Shown here: positions 29,975 to 41,291 of the stretch, piece by piece
Layout: each line of letters begins with the position of its first letter
Numbering within the stretch: the stretch's first letter is position 1
DNA from: a bacterium
Lineage (GTDB): Bacteria; Patescibacteriota; Minisyncoccia; Phycocordibacterales; UBA9973
Reading direction: 5' to 3'
Assembly: GCA_027484965.1 (NCBI GenBank)
Contig: JAIXRY010000015.1
Coordinates: 91,807 to 155,806, forward strand
DNA: 64,000 nt
Notes under the pieces: model-generated
Database searches by the model: none
What the model saw: only the letters and a program-made list of their open reading frames with translations
What the model was told of the DNA's origin: nothing
Program-made: the position numbers and the translations under genes

Positions 29975-30432
29975 ATTAATTTCTTTTGATTAAGAAGAGC
30001 TGTTTGTTCTTCTTCTGTTAATTCTGTCTCACTTTCCCAAGCTGTAATCTTTTTTGCAAAAACTGTCATTCTGTCTCGTGCATAGAGTGTTGAAATTATT
30101 ACCCCTGTTCCTGTTTCATCAACAAGAGCAATTGCAAAACTCTGTGCGCCAGTAGTATCTCCCCAAGCATTAAAGCGAACAATATCTGTTCTCTTGATTG
30201 CTTGTTTTAATCTTTCTTCTATATCTGCCAAAAGTACATCATGGTTTTGTGTGTTCTTGTAGAGGATGTCTGTACGCTTTATAAGAAGCGAAAGTAATTC
30301 ATCTACACTACCTTCCTCTGTTTCTTTAAAAAGTCTCTGCCATTTTTTCTCAAGCTTCAAATTCCATATGAGTAAAGAGATACTCACAACCCCAAAAACA
30401 ATGAAAAACACACTGGAAATAGGTAATACCAT
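29971..30432 (-). CDS. DUF4446-like membrane protein
   Basis: N-terminal TM, coiled coil, IVRFNAW.D..GAQSFAIAL.D...G.IIS...R...FAK. Confidence 0.75.
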   Translation of the reverse strand: MVLPISSVFFIVFGVVSISLLIWNLKLEKKWQRLFKETEEGSVDELLSLLIKRTDILYKNTQNHDVLLADIEERLKQAIKRTDIVRFNAWGDTTGAQSFAIALVDETGTGVIISTLYARDRMTVFAKKITAWESETELTEEEQTALLNQKKLI

Positions 30433-30512
30433 GTAAAAACATTGTACTACAAAATAAGGATTTTTACAAATTTAGGACTTTATAAATACTCATTTTTGTG
30501 TATACTTCTTAT

Positions 30513-31685
30513 ATGAAAAGAATCTATTTAGATTACGCCGCACTAACTCCAATTTCATTTGGGGTACTTTTTCGTTCTTTTATTACAACCCTTACAGTAT
30601 ATGGAAATCCGGGCAGTCTCCACAGGGAGGGTGTTGTAGCGAAGAAAATGATAGAAAACACAAAAAAAGATATTGCAAAAATTCTCCACACTCAAAAAGA
30701 ACAGATTGTCTTTACTGGTGGAGGAACTGAAGGATGTAATTTGGTTATTTTTGGAGTCTTACACAAAGTAATCGCAAATGGTGTAGAAAGACCAGATATT
30801 ATAATAAGTGCAATTGAGCATCCAGCAGTTTATGACACCTGTATATCTCTTGAAAAAGAAAATAAAATCACACTTACAATTCTACCTGTTGATGAAAACG
30901 GTTTAGTGAAAGAAAAAGATTTGAGAGCTTCAATAAATGAAAATACAGTTCTTGTTTGTGTGCATTATGTAAACAATGAAATTGGTACAATAGAGCCAAT
31001 AAAAGATCTTGCACGTATAGTAAAAAAATATAGAAAAGAAAAAGAAAGTTCATATCCATTGTTTTTTACGGATTCTGCACAAGCTCCAAATTTATTTCCA
31101 ATTCATATAGATTCTCTCGGTGTTGATTTTGTAACTTTGAATGGTTCAAAAATGTATGGACCAAGATCTTCCGGAATACTTTTTGTAAAAGATAGAGAAA
31201 TGATTGACGGAATGATTCTTGGAGGTTCTCAAGAATATGGTCTTCGTGCTGGTACAGAAGATGTTGGTAAGATTGTCGGATTTACTCAAGCATTAATTAA
31301 TACTGACAAAAAGAGAATCTCTGAATATTCAAAAATAGAAAATCTTCAAAAAATAGCCAGAAAACTTTTAACAGAAAAGATACCTGAAGCACGTATTACA
31401 ATAGAGAGTGAATTTTGCTCTCCACATATACTACATATTACAATTCCTGGATTTGATAGTGAGACAGTTATTTTATATTTAGATCAAAAAGGATTTGCAG
31501 TATCTGCAAAAAGCGCTTGTAAGACAGATGATAAAGAAGTCTCACATGTTCTCAAAGCTCTTAATTTGGAAGAAAATAATTTGCTTTCAAGTGTTAGAAT
31601 TTCTTTTGGAAGAAAGACAAAAATTCGTGATATACAAAATTTTGTAAACGCATTGCGACAGACTTTAGACATTCTCAAAAAATAA
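30513..31685 (+). CDS. cysteine desulfurase (IscS/NifS family)
   Basis: YLDYAALTP, GNPGSLH, FTGGGTE, NNEIG, SKMYGP, SAKSAC. Confidence 0.92.
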   Translation: MKRIYLDYAALTPISFGVLFRSFITTLTVYGNPGSLHREGVVAKKMIENTKKDIAKILHTQKEQIVFTGGGTEGCNLVIFGVLHKVIANGVERPDIIISAIEHPAVYDTCISLEKENKITLTILPVDENGLVKEKDLRASINENTVLVCVHYVNNEIGTIEPIKDLARIVKKYRKEKESSYPLFFTDSAQAPNLFPIHIDSLGVDFVTLNGSKMYGPRSSGILFVKDREMIDGMILGGSQEYGLRAGTEDVGKIVGFTQALINTDKKRISEYSKIENLQKIARKLLTEKIPEARITIESEFCSPHILHITIPGFDSETVILYLDQKGFAVSAKSACKTDDKEVSHVLKALNLEENNLLSSVRISFGRKTKIRDIQNFVNALRQTLDILKK

Positions 31686-31731
31686 TGTATAAGTAACACT
31701 AAAATTTTATATTTTGGTATAATAAATAAAT

Positions 31732-34434
31732 ATGATGCCTGGATTTAACCAATTTACAACAAAAGCCAAAGAAGCTATTAAAAAAGCTCACGAATTCGCT
31801 ATTGAACGTGGTCAGAACCATGTTAGTGGACTTCATTTGCTCACAGCACTCCTTTTTCAAGAGGAGAGTGTTGTTATTTCTATACTAGATTCTCTTCAAG
31901 TAGATACTCTTCTTCTTTCTGATTCTGTTATTGAAAGTATAGAAGGACCAGAGGCAAAAAATACCATATCTCCTTCATATCAAATGTACCTTACACCTGA
32001 TATGGCAAAAACTATTGAAGATTCTCCAAAGCTGGCAAAAGCTATTGGTGATGAATTTGTAAGTACAGAACATCTATTTTTAGCTCTAGTTGAGACAGAA
32101 GGTCCTGCACAAGAATTGTTAAAACGTTTTCGTATTGAATCTGATTCTGTAAAACAGATAATAGAAAACTTCAAACATGATAAAGGAACACAAACTCAAG
32201 GCCCTAAGAAATTTCGTCTTCTTACAAAATACACTCGTAATCTTACAAAGCTCGCTCGTGAAGACAAACTCGATCCCGTCATTGGTCGTGATATTGAAGT
32301 GATGCGTATTATGCAAATACTTTCTCGTCGTACCAAGAATAATCCTATTTTGATAGGTGAACCGGGAACAGGTAAGACAGCTGTGGTAGAAGGGCTTGCC
32401 ACTCGTATTGCAAAAGGTGATGTTCCAGAATCTCTAAAAGATAAAGAAATGGTTTCTCTTGATCTCGGCCTTCTTATTGCCGGTACAAAATACCGTGGAG
32501 AATTCGAAGAGCGTCTTCGTGGAATAATGAAGGAAATAGAAAAAGCTGACGGGAAGATAGTTTTGTTTATTGACGAAATTCACACTATTGTCGGAGCAGG
32601 TGCTTCTGAAGGATCTATGGATGCTTCAAACATGCTAAAGCCAGCCCTTGCTCGTGGAGAATTAAAAGCAGTAGGAGCAACAACTCTCAAAGAATATCAA
32701 AAGTATATAGAAAAGGATCCTGCTCTCGCACGTCGTTTTCAGCCTGTATATATCGAAGAGCCAAGTAATGAAGATACAATAGCAATACTTCGAGGACTCA
32801 AAGATAAGTACGAATTATTCCATGGTGTAAGAATTACAGACGATGCAATACTAGCCGCTGTAAATCTCTCCACTCGTTATATTACAAACAGATATCTTCC
32901 TGATAAGGCTGTGGACTTGATCGATGAAGCGTCATCATCACTTCGTATGGCTCTTGAAAATAAGCCTGCAATTCTCGAAGAAACTCATCGCAAAATAATG
33001 CGTCTAGAAATAGAAAAAGAAGCCCTAACAAAAGAATCGTCTCTTTCTTCAAAAGAAAATAAAGATACAAAAAATCGTATAAAAGATGTAGAAAAAGAAA
33101 TCGCAAATCTAAAAGAAAAAACTTCAGAACTTGAATTGAAATGGCAAAATGAGAAGAGTGTTTTGGTGGATATTCGCACACTCAAGAAAGAACTCGACAC
33201 ACTCCGCGTTGAAGCTGAAAATGCAGAGAGTCGCGCTGACCTCACTCTTGCCGCAGAAATTCGTTATGGCAAAATTCCACAAGCCCAAAAAGAACTTGAT
33301 CACAAAATGGATAAGTTACAAAAACTTCAAAAGTCTCGTCGTATATTGAAGGAAGAAATTAATGAAGAAGATATTGCAGATGTTGTTGCACGTTGGACAG
33401 GAATTCCTCTTACAAAAATGCTTGAAGAAGAACGTGCAAAATTGGCTCGTATGGAAAGTGAACTCCAGGGGCGAGTTATTGGTCAAGAAAAAGCTATCAA
33501 AAGTGTGAGTGAGGTAATCAGAAGAAGTCGTGCAGGAATTTCTGATCCAAATCGTCCTATAGGTTCATTTATATTCTTGGGACCAACAGGAGTAGGTAAG
33601 ACAGAACTTACAAAATCACTTGCTTCATTTATGTTTAATGATGAGCGATCTCTCATACGTGTAGACATGTCTGAATACATGGAACGTCATAGTGTCTCTA
33701 AGCTTATTGGTTCACCTCCTGGATATGTAGGACACGAAGAATCAGGACAACTCACAGAAGCTGTGCGTCATCGCCCATACTCTGTAGTACTCTTTGATGA
33801 AATAGAAAAGGCTCATCCAGAAGTGTTTAATGTATTGCTTCAAGTTCTTGATGAAGGGAAGCTTACTGACTCAAAAGGTAGAACAGTAAACTTTAAAAAT
33901 ACAGTGATAATCCTTACTTCAAATATTGGTTCACAATATATTGAACAGATGGAATCTCTTGGTTTTGGATTAAAGAATGAAAAAGAAACATATGAAGGAA
34001 CTAAAGAAAATGTTTTGAAAGCTTTAAAAGATCATTTTCGTCCAGAATTCTTGAATCGTCTTGATGAGGTGATAGTCTTTGATATATTATCACCAGAATC
34101 AATCAGACAAATTGTAAAATTAAGAATTGATCAAGTCGCTTCTCGTCTAAAAGACAAAGAAATAGATTTGATTGTAAGTGATGAAGCCCTAGATATACTT
34201 GCAAAGGAAGGGTATGATCCACACTATGGAGCAAGACCTCTCAATCGCTTAATACAGAACAAAATTCTTAATCCTGTAGCAACATACATAATAGAGAATG
34301 GGTCAAATAAAGATTATACTGTTTATGTGACAATTTCAAAAGGTGAATTAGTTGTAGAGACGAAGAAAAAAAAGAAAGCAGTGTTAAGTATTAAAGTTAA
34401 AGAAGTTAAGAAATCAAAAGTTAAGACAAAATAG
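31732..34434 (+). CDS. clpB: Hsp100 AAA+ chaperone, ClpB-like
   Basis: Clp N domain, GEPGTGKT and GPTGVGKT Walker A motifs, long M-domain coiled coil. Confidence 0.85.
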   Translation: MMPGFNQFTTKAKEAIKKAHEFAIERGQNHVSGLHLLTALLFQEESVVISILDSLQVDTLLLSDSVIESIEGPEAKNTISPSYQMYLTPDMAKTIEDSPKLAKAIGDEFVSTEHLFLALVETEGPAQELLKRFRIESDSVKQIIENFKHDKGTQTQGPKKFRLLTKYTRNLTKLAREDKLDPVIGRDIEVMRIMQILSRRTKNNPILIGEPGTGKTAVVEGLATRIAKGDVPESLKDKEMVSLDLGLLIAGTKYRGEFEERLRGIMKEIEKADGKIVLFIDEIHTIVGAGASEGSMDASNMLKPALARGELKAVGATTLKEYQKYIEKDPALARRFQPVYIEEPSNEDTIAILRGLKDKYELFHGVRITDDAILAAVNLSTRYITNRYLPDKAVDLIDEASSSLRMALENKPAILEETHRKIMRLEIEKEALTKESSLSSKENKDTKNRIKDVEKEIANLKEKTSELELKWQNEKSVLVDIRTLKKELDTLRVEAENAESRADLTLAAEIRYGKIPQAQKELDHKMDKLQKLQKSRRILKEEINEEDIADVVARWTGIPLTKMLEEERAKLARMESELQGRVIGQEKAIKSVSEVIRRSRAGISDPNRPIGSFIFLGPTGVGKTELTKSLASFMFNDERSLIRVDMSEYMERHSVSKLIGSPPGYVGHEESGQLTEAVRHRPYSVVLFDEIEKAHPEVFNVLLQVLDEGKLTDSKGRTVNFKNTVIILTSNIGSQYIEQMESLGFGLKNEKETYEGTKENVLKALKDHFRPEFLNRLDEVIVFDILSPESIRQIVKLRIDQVASRLKDKEIDLIVSDEALDILAKEGYDPHYGARPLNRLIQNKILNPVATYIIENGSNKDYTVYVTISKGELVVETKKKKKAVLSIKVKEVKKSKVKTK

Positions 34435-34470
34435 AAAGTGGGACCCGAAGGGTCCCACTTTCTATTTTGT
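34426..34470. terminator. bidirectional terminator, 21-bp IR overlapping both stop codons
   Basis: acaaaatagaaagtgggaccc-gaa-gggtcccactttctattttgt. Confidence 0.88.
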
Positions 34471-36681
34471 AACCTTTTTCTTTCTTGCGAAGCCTCTAGG
34501 TTTTTTCTCTATAGATAAGAGTTCGAGCGCTTGTTCAAGTGTGATTGTGTATGGATCAAGAGGAGTTTTAATTGATCGGAAATCTCTTTCGCATCCAACA
34601 TATGGTCCAAAGCGCCCTACATTTGCAATCACTTCAATATCATTTTTTGGATTAATACCGAGTGTACGAGGGAGGGCGAGATATTTCATTGCCATCTCAA
34701 CATTCACATTACTTGGGTCAACTGTTTTTGGAATAGAAGCCATTCTTGGTTTTTCAACTTTTTCTCCTTTTTTCTTTTTTGCTGCTTTCACTGGTTTTTC
34801 ACCGAGCTGTACGTATGGTCCGAAGCGTCCTACGAGCACATAGATAGGGAGTCCAGTTTCTGGATCAGTTCCGATAGGCTCATCTTTTTTGATTTCTGTA
34901 CCGTCTATCATGAGAGCTCCATCACATTCTGGATAGTTGTTACATGATAAGAATTTTCCTCCACGCCCAAGTTTTACAAGCATCTTGTTTCCACATTTTG
35001 GACAGATAAATTTATCGTCAGCTTCTTCGATTGTTGTAGCCTTGTCTAATTTATCTTTTTCTTTCACTTGTTTTTTGAATGGTCCGTAGAAGTCTTTGAG
35101 TGTCTTGCTGTATTCACGTGTTCCGTCAGCAATTTCATCAAGCTCGTTTTCCATTTCTGCTGTGAATGTGTCACTGATATATTGTTCGAAGTTTGTTTCG
35201 ATGAAGCGAGATACTACATCACCTGTATCTGTTGGCTTGAGAGATCTTCCTACTTTTTCTACATATTCACGGTCCTCGAGAGTTTTGATAATAGATGCGT
35301 ATGTAGAAGGTCTTCCTATACCACGAGATTCAAGCTCTTTTACGAGTCCTGCTTCAGAATATCTGTTTGGTGGTTGTGTTTGCTTTTCTGTATCTTTTAG
35401 TTCTATGAGAGCTAATTTTTCTCCTTCTGTTGTTTCTGGAAGGGTAACATCTTCACCACGAGCGTCAGGTTCTGCAAGAAGCCATCCAGCATAACGAACA
35501 ATAGAACCTGTTGTTGTAAAGTCGGGGATAGTACTACCTTCTATATTTGCTGTGATTTTTGTGCGAGATAAAATAGCATCCTTCATTTGAGAAGAAACAG
35601 TTCTCTCCCATATAAGAGAGTACAATTTTTTTTGCTCTTCAGTCATACCGAGAGATTTTTTCTCTACATGTGTAGGACGAATTGCTTCATGGGCTTCTTG
35701 AGCATTTTTTGATTTTGTTTTGTATTTGCGAATTTCCAAATGTTCTTTTCCAAAGTTTTTTTCTATAGCATTTGCAATTCCACCTATAGCAGTCTCGGCA
35801 ATATTTGTAGAGTCTGTACGCATATAAGTAATGTGTCCAGCTTCATAGAGTTTTTGTGCAATCTGCATTGTGCGAGAAGGAGAGAATCCTAGACGTGAAG
35901 ATGCTGTTTGTTGGAGTGTTGATGTTGTAAATGGTGCGCGAGGTGAACGTTTTTCTTCACTTTGTTTTACTCCAGAAATTATCCAAGTTCCATTTTTACC
36001 TTCTTTTAGTATACGATCAACCTCATTTCTATCTGTAGGTTCTTGTGTACAAGAAAGATTCAAATTTACTTTTTTGTTTGTTTTAAATTCACCCTCAAGT
36101 ACCCAATATGTTTCTGGGATGAATGCAGATATTTCTCTTTCACGTTCACAGAGTATACGAAGGGCAGGTGATTGAACACGTCCAGCAGAAAGTCCATAAC
36201 GAACTTTTTTCCAAATAATTCCAGATAGGTCATATCCAACAAGACGGTCTAGTACCCTGCGCGCTTCTTGAGCTTTACGCAGATTTGTATCGACTTCTCG
36301 TGGATGTTTTAACGCTTCTGTTATAGCTTCTTTTGTAATTTCGTTGAATGTTACGCGGCTTATAGGAGCTTTTACTTTTTTATCAGTTTTTAAGAGTTCT
36401 TCAATGTGCCAGGCTATAGCTTCTCCTTCGCGGTCCGGGTCGGGTGCAAGGAGTATTTCATTTGCAGAATGGGCAAGATCGCGTAATTCTTGTACTACGT
36501 GTTCTTTACCTTTTGAAATTTCATAACGAGGAATAAAGCCACCTTCTATATCGATAGCTGTTTTGTTTGATTTTGGGAGATCACGAATATGTCCTACAGA
36601 TGCGCGTACTGTGTATGCGCCAGCCAGATATTTTTCGATAGTCTTTGCTTTTGAAGGTGATTCAACGATTAGTAGTTTCAT
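34462..36681 (-). CDS. topA: DNA topoisomerase I
   Basis: IVESPSKAK, DPDREGE, SAGRVQS, ITYMRTDS, one zinc ribbon and GRFGPY C-terminal repeats. Confidence 0.98.
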   Translation of the reverse strand: MKLLIVESPSKAKTIEKYLAGAYTVRASVGHIRDLPKSNKTAIDIEGGFIPRYEISKGKEHVVQELRDLAHSANEILLAPDPDREGEAIAWHIEELLKTDKKVKAPISRVTFNEITKEAITEALKHPREVDTNLRKAQEARRVLDRLVGYDLSGIIWKKVRYGLSAGRVQSPALRILCEREREISAFIPETYWVLEGEFKTNKKVNLNLSCTQEPTDRNEVDRILKEGKNGTWIISGVKQSEEKRSPRAPFTTSTLQQTASSRLGFSPSRTMQIAQKLYEAGHITYMRTDSTNIAETAIGGIANAIEKNFGKEHLEIRKYKTKSKNAQEAHEAIRPTHVEKKSLGMTEEQKKLYSLIWERTVSSQMKDAILSRTKITANIEGSTIPDFTTTGSIVRYAGWLLAEPDARGEDVTLPETTEGEKLALIELKDTEKQTQPPNRYSEAGLVKELESRGIGRPSTYASIIKTLEDREYVEKVGRSLKPTDTGDVVSRFIETNFEQYISDTFTAEMENELDEIADGTREYSKTLKDFYGPFKKQVKEKDKLDKATTIEEADDKFICPKCGNKMLVKLGRGGKFLSCNNYPECDGALMIDGTEIKKDEPIGTDPETGLPIYVLVGRFGPYVQLGEKPVKAAKKKKGEKVEKPRMASIPKTVDPSNVNVEMAMKYLALPRTLGINPKNDIEVIANVGRFGPYVGCERDFRSIKTPLDPYTITLEQALELLSIEKKPRGFARKKKVTK

Positions 36682-36779
36682 AATGAGTTATAGATATTAG
36701 TATTACATATATATGTACGTTTATACAAAATATCAATCTGTGAGTTGTACTACAAATATATTTTTTATGCAAATTTTTC

Positions 36780-37640
36780 TTATTTTTTTATTATTTCCCC
36801 AAACTCTTCTTTAATCAAACCTTTTATCTCCATTAAGGACAAAAGTATAGAAGCTTTACTTGTTTCCATACCCAATTTGCTTATAAGAATATCTTTTGAT
36901 AAAGGTTCTTTTATTATCTCTAAAACTAATTTTTCTTCTGTATTTAAATTTATATTTTCTTGTTCATTTTGTTGATTATCTTTTTCAAATCCTAGTGCTT
37001 CAAGTAAGTCATCTGGCGAGGTGATAGGAGTTGCTCCAAGCCTAAGGAATTGGTTTGTACCTTTTGAATTATCAGAAAATATTGGTCCAGGTACTACTAG
37101 AACATCACGATTGTACTCTACAGCAAGACGGGCTGTGATAAGTGTTCCTGATTTTTCTTCCGCTTCTACTATGAGAATTGCTTTGCATAATCCAGCCATT
37201 ATTCTATTTCTTCTTGGGAAGCTCCAAAGAGTCGCTCGCATACTTGGCTCGAATTCAGAAAGTAAACATCCTCCTTTTTGAAGTATTTCTTCTGCAAGAC
37301 GAAAATTTGTTGCTGGATACAAGACATTTTTATCGAGTCCTGATCCTGGAATTGCAAGCGTAAGAATATTGTTCTCTATTGCGCGTTTATGTGCCAAACT
37401 ATCGATACCGAGCGCAAGTCCAGACACTATTACTACAGGATACCCTTTGAGTGAATCTACGAGTTTTTCTAAAACATCTTTTCCATATGATGTATATTTG
37501 CGTGAACCAACAATTCCTAAATAAATAAATTCTTCCGGATCTGGTATTTTCCCACGAATAAAAAGTTTCTTTGGTGGTTCTGGAATTTCTAAAAGACAAG
37601 GAGGGAATTCGGAGGGATCTAGTTTATAGATGTCTTCCAT
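36780..37640 (-). CDS. dprA: DNA-processing protein DprA
   Basis: IVGSR, VSGLALGID..AH, FPRRNRI, EAEEKSGTLITA. Confidence 0.96.
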   Translation of the reverse strand: MEDIYKLDPSEFPPCLLEIPEPPKKLFIRGKIPDPEEFIYLGIVGSRKYTSYGKDVLEKLVDSLKGYPVVIVSGLALGIDSLAHKRAIENNILTLAIPGSGLDKNVLYPATNFRLAEEILQKGGCLLSEFEPSMRATLWSFPRRNRIMAGLCKAILIVEAEEKSGTLITARLAVEYNRDVLVVPGPIFSDNSKGTNQFLRLGATPITSPDDLLEALGFEKDNQQNEQENINLNTEEKLVLEIIKEPLSKDILISKLGMETSKASILLSLMEIKGLIKEEFGEIIKK

Positions 37641-37914
37641 ATATCTATATTGTAATACTTTTTTGTATTGTGTACACTAGTAAAAATATTAAAATAATGA
37701 AAATGTCTGTTTTTTCGATTTATTGATGGTGTTCTTTATGTTCCATTCATACCTGGGTCCAAAGAATTAAAATGGGACCAAATGAGAAAAGATGATGAGA
37801 AAAGAAGAAAATTAAAAGAAAACCAAAAAAAACTTGAAGACCAAAAAAACTCTCAAAAATAGGGAGTTTTTATTTTTTTGAAAAAATATCTTTTTTCTTG
37901 TATACTCTATATAT

Positions 37915-39183
37915 ATGTTGGATATAAAATTTATTAAAGAAAATAGTGATCTTATTAAGCACGCGGTAGAAAAAAAGCATTTATCATTTGACGTGGATGC
38001 ATTTTTGAAGATTGACAGTAAGCGTGTTTCGATGCTTGAAGAGGTTGAAACTCTTCGTGCTCGTCAAAATAAGGCTACAGAAGAAATTCCAAACGCCGAC
38101 CAAGAACGTCGTAATATGTTGCTTAGTGAAATGCAGGTTTTAAAACTTGAGCTAGGTCAAAAAGAAGACGAACTAAAAGAAATAATGAAAGAATGGCAAC
38201 TGCTAATGCTTCAAGTACCAAACGTACCTGATATGTCAGTGCCAGAAGGTGAAAGTGATGAAGAAAATCTTGAAGTTTTTGTTTGGGGTGAAAAACCAAA
38301 ATTTGATTTTTCTCCAAAGAGTCATATAGAAATAATGGAAGAACTAGATCTTGCAGATTTTGAACGTGGAACAAAAGTTTCAGGTTTCCGTGGATACTTC
38401 TTGAAAAATGATGGAGCTCTTTTAGAGTTTGCTCTATGGCAATACTTCTTGGAAAAGTTAGTAAAAAAAGGATACAGCCCAATGATTGTTCCATCTCTTG
38501 TAAATCGTGAGACACTTTTTGGAACGGGATATCTACCACAAGGAGAAGATGATTTGTATAAAACTCAAGATGGAGATTATTTGGCTGGAACAGGTGAAGT
38601 AGCAACAATGTCATATTTTTCTGGTGAAATTATCGATAAGAAAGATTTACCAATGAAAATGGTGTCTTTCTCTCCATGTTTTCGTCGTGAAGCAGGAAGT
38701 CATGGTAAAGATGCAAAAGGTCTCTATCGTGTACATGAATTCTTCAAACTCGAACAAGTAATACTTTGTGAAGCGAGTCATGAAGAAAGTGTAAAACTTC
38801 ACGAAGAACTTGCTGAAAATGTAAAAGAATTATTACAAGAATTAAATCTTCCTTACCATGTTGTTGTAAACTGTGGAGGTGATCTTGGACTTGGACAAGT
38901 GAAGAAGTACGATATAGAAGTGTGGCGTCCAAGTGTAGAAAAATATGGAGAAACTCACTCTTGTTCATATTTTCATGATTTCCAAACACGTCGTTTGAAT
39001 ATTCGTTATCGTGATGAAGATGGTAAGATGCGTTACGTTCATTCATTAAATAATACTCTTGTTGCAACTCCTAGAATTCTTATTTCTATTTTGGAAAATT
39101 ACCAACAAGCAGACGGAACTATAAAAATTCCAGAAGTACTCCGTCCTTATATGATGAATAAGGAAGTAATCTCAAAAAAATAG
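37915..39183 (+). CDS. serS: serine--tRNA ligase
   Basis: MLDIKFI, N-terminal coiled coil, CFRREAGS, RVHEF.K.E, HSLNNT. Confidence 0.97.
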   Translation: MLDIKFIKENSDLIKHAVEKKHLSFDVDAFLKIDSKRVSMLEEVETLRARQNKATEEIPNADQERRNMLLSEMQVLKLELGQKEDELKEIMKEWQLLMLQVPNVPDMSVPEGESDEENLEVFVWGEKPKFDFSPKSHIEIMEELDLADFERGTKVSGFRGYFLKNDGALLEFALWQYFLEKLVKKGYSPMIVPSLVNRETLFGTGYLPQGEDDLYKTQDGDYLAGTGEVATMSYFSGEIIDKKDLPMKMVSFSPCFRREAGSHGKDAKGLYRVHEFFKLEQVILCEASHEESVKLHEELAENVKELLQELNLPYHVVVNCGGDLGLGQVKKYDIEVWRPSVEKYGETHSCSYFHDFQTRRLNIRYRDEDGKMRYVHSLNNTLVATPRILISILENYQQADGTIKIPEVLRPYMMNKEVISKK

Positions 39184-39186
39184 TAT

Positions 39187-40068
39187 ATGGATATTCGGCC
39201 GAAAACAACAAACCGGCACGAACTTCTTAAGGTTTCTAATGATAAGATTTTACGAGCAAGAAAATTAAGGAGAAAACGTCTTAGTATTATTTTTTTAATT
39301 ACAGGATTTTTAATTATTATTGGAGTCGTATTTCTTTTGAGAATGAAATTTATTCAGCTTAATAATATTGAAGTTTCTGGAAATGTTGTATTAGAAAAAA
39401 AAGATATACAAGATTTCATTAATAAAAAATACGAAGGAAAATATTTGTGGCTTATTCCAAAAAATAATACTCTTTTTGTATTGCCAAAAACAGTAACAAA
39501 ATCTCTCCAAAAAGAATTTCCTAGAATAAATAGTATTAACGTTAGACGTAATTTCCCAAGATCTTTATCTATTGAGATAACAGAGAGAAAGGGTGTATAT
39601 GTTTGGTGTGGAAATGATATTAGTATTTCTTCAACATCTAAAGACTTTCCTTGTTTTTTTGTTGATAAAGAAGGAATTATTTTTAGTGAAGCACCATATT
39701 TTTCTGGGACACCCTTCACTCTTTTTTTAGGTGGAGACAAAGATGTACCTAATATATTAGGTACACAATTGCTCGCACAAGATGATTTTAAAAATATACT
39801 ATTCATTTATGATATGGTAAATAAATTAAAATTATCTCCTTATACTGTCCGAATACTTACCGGAGGAGAATATGAAATATTACTTAGAAGTGATTCTGAT
39901 TTAATATCTTCAACGCGTATAAAATTAAGAGATATTAATGATCAAATAACTCTTTCTCAAAATTTAGCAGCAGCTTTAAATACAAAAGTATTCAAAGATC
40001 ATAAGATTAGTGAATTTGAATATATTGATGCGCGTTTTGGAAACAAAGTATTTTATAAATTAAAATAA
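39187..40068 (+). CDS. FtsQ/DivIB-like cell division protein
   Basis: Basic N-terminus, TM, POTRA-like IEVSGN...FPRSLSIEITER, C-terminal YIDARFGNKVFYK. Confidence 0.75.
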   Translation: MDIRPKTTNRHELLKVSNDKILRARKLRRKRLSIIFLITGFLIIIGVVFLLRMKFIQLNNIEVSGNVVLEKKDIQDFINKKYEGKYLWLIPKNNTLFVLPKTVTKSLQKEFPRINSINVRRNFPRSLSIEITERKGVYVWCGNDISISSTSKDFPCFFVDKEGIIFSEAPYFSGTPFTLFLGGDKDVPNILGTQLLAQDDFKNILFIYDMVNKLKLSPYTVRILTGGEYEILLRSDSDLISSTRIKLRDINDQITLSQNLAAALNTKVFKDHKISEFEYIDARFGNKVFYKLK

Positions 40069-40069
40069 T

Positions 40070-41197
40070 ATGAACAACTTAGGGTTTTGGGAAAAATTTA
40101 CAAAAGATAAAAGAGGAGAAAATAATCCTTTTTTTGTTCTTGCTCCAATGGCAGATGTTACAGATCCAGCTTTTCGTCAAATCATTTGTAAATATTCTCG
40201 CCACGGAGAAGAAGGTGGTGGTCCTGATGTTGTTTGGACAGAATTCGTTTCAGCTGATGGTCTTACTCATGAAATAGGTAGAGAATCACTTCTTCGTGAC
40301 TTGGCTTTTACAGAAGCTGAACGTCCTATTGTGGCACAGCTTTTCTCTGCTCATCCAGATAAGATGCGAAAAGCTGCTGAAATAGTAGCAAGTCTCGGAT
40401 TTGATGGTGTTGATATTAATATGGGTTGCCCTGATAGGACTATAGAGAAGCAAGGTGCAGGTGCGTGCATGATGAAGACTCCAGATGTGGCAGTAGAAAT
40501 TATTCGCGCTGCAAAAGAAGGTATAAAAGACGCAGGTAAAAATATTCCAATATCTGTGAAGACTCGTGTTGGTTACAATAAAGTAGAAATAGATACTTGG
40601 ATACCGACAATCCTTAAAGAAGGTGTTGCTGTACTTACTGTGCATGCCCGTACTCGCAAAGACCTTTCTCTTGTTCCTGCAAATTGGAATTATATAGAAG
40701 AAGTTGTGAAGCTTCGAGACTCTCTTGGTGTAGAAACTTTAATCATAGGAAATGGTGATGTTAGAGATATAAAAGATGGTATAGATAAATCAAAAAATAC
40801 AGGTTGTGATGGAGTTATGATCGGACGTGCAGTGTTTGGTAATCCATGGATATTTGATAGAAGACAAACAAAAAAGACAGTTTCAAAATATGTAAAAATA
40901 AAAGAATATGTCGGAGGGGTATTGCTTCGTTTTGGATGGAAAACTAACGCTCACAAATATTGGCTCCACCAAGAAGAAATTATTCCGCTGTCAGAAAAAC
41001 TAAAAGTTCTAATAGAACACTCAGAACTTTTTGAGAAATTACTCGGAGATGTAAAACATTTTTCAATAATGAAAAAACATTTCAAAGCTTATGCACATGG
41101 ATTTAAAGGTGCAAAAGAACTCCGCACAGAACTTATGGATAATGGGAACAACTCAAAAGCTGTAAAAGAAATAGTAGATAAATTTCTAAACAAATAA
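40070..41197 (+). CDS. dus: tRNA-dihydrouridine synthase
   Basis: LAPMADVTD, DINMGCP, VKTR.G, VHARTR, GNGD, MIGRA. Confidence 0.93.
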   Translation: MNNLGFWEKFTKDKRGENNPFFVLAPMADVTDPAFRQIICKYSRHGEEGGGPDVVWTEFVSADGLTHEIGRESLLRDLAFTEAERPIVAQLFSAHPDKMRKAAEIVASLGFDGVDINMGCPDRTIEKQGAGACMMKTPDVAVEIIRAAKEGIKDAGKNIPISVKTRVGYNKVEIDTWIPTILKEGVAVLTVHARTRKDLSLVPANWNYIEEVVKLRDSLGVETLIIGNGDVRDIKDGIDKSKNTGCDGVMIGRAVFGNPWIFDRRQTKKTVSKYVKIKEYVGGVLLRFGWKTNAHKYWLHQEEIIPLSEKLKVLIEHSELFEKLLGDVKHFSIMKKHFKAYAHGFKGAKELRTELMDNGNNSKAVKEIVDKFLNK

Positions 41198-41236
41198 TGA
41201 AAGAGATGCCTCCCTACGGGAGGCATCTCTTTCATT
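41196..41236 (+). terminator. terminator hairpin, 19-bp IR
   Basis: aatgaaagagatgcctccc-tac-gggaggcatctctttcatt. Confidence 0.8.
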
Positions 41237-41291
41237 TGTAAGATTGACATTTATTTCAAAATCTATAAAGTATAGAAAAACAATTATAAAG

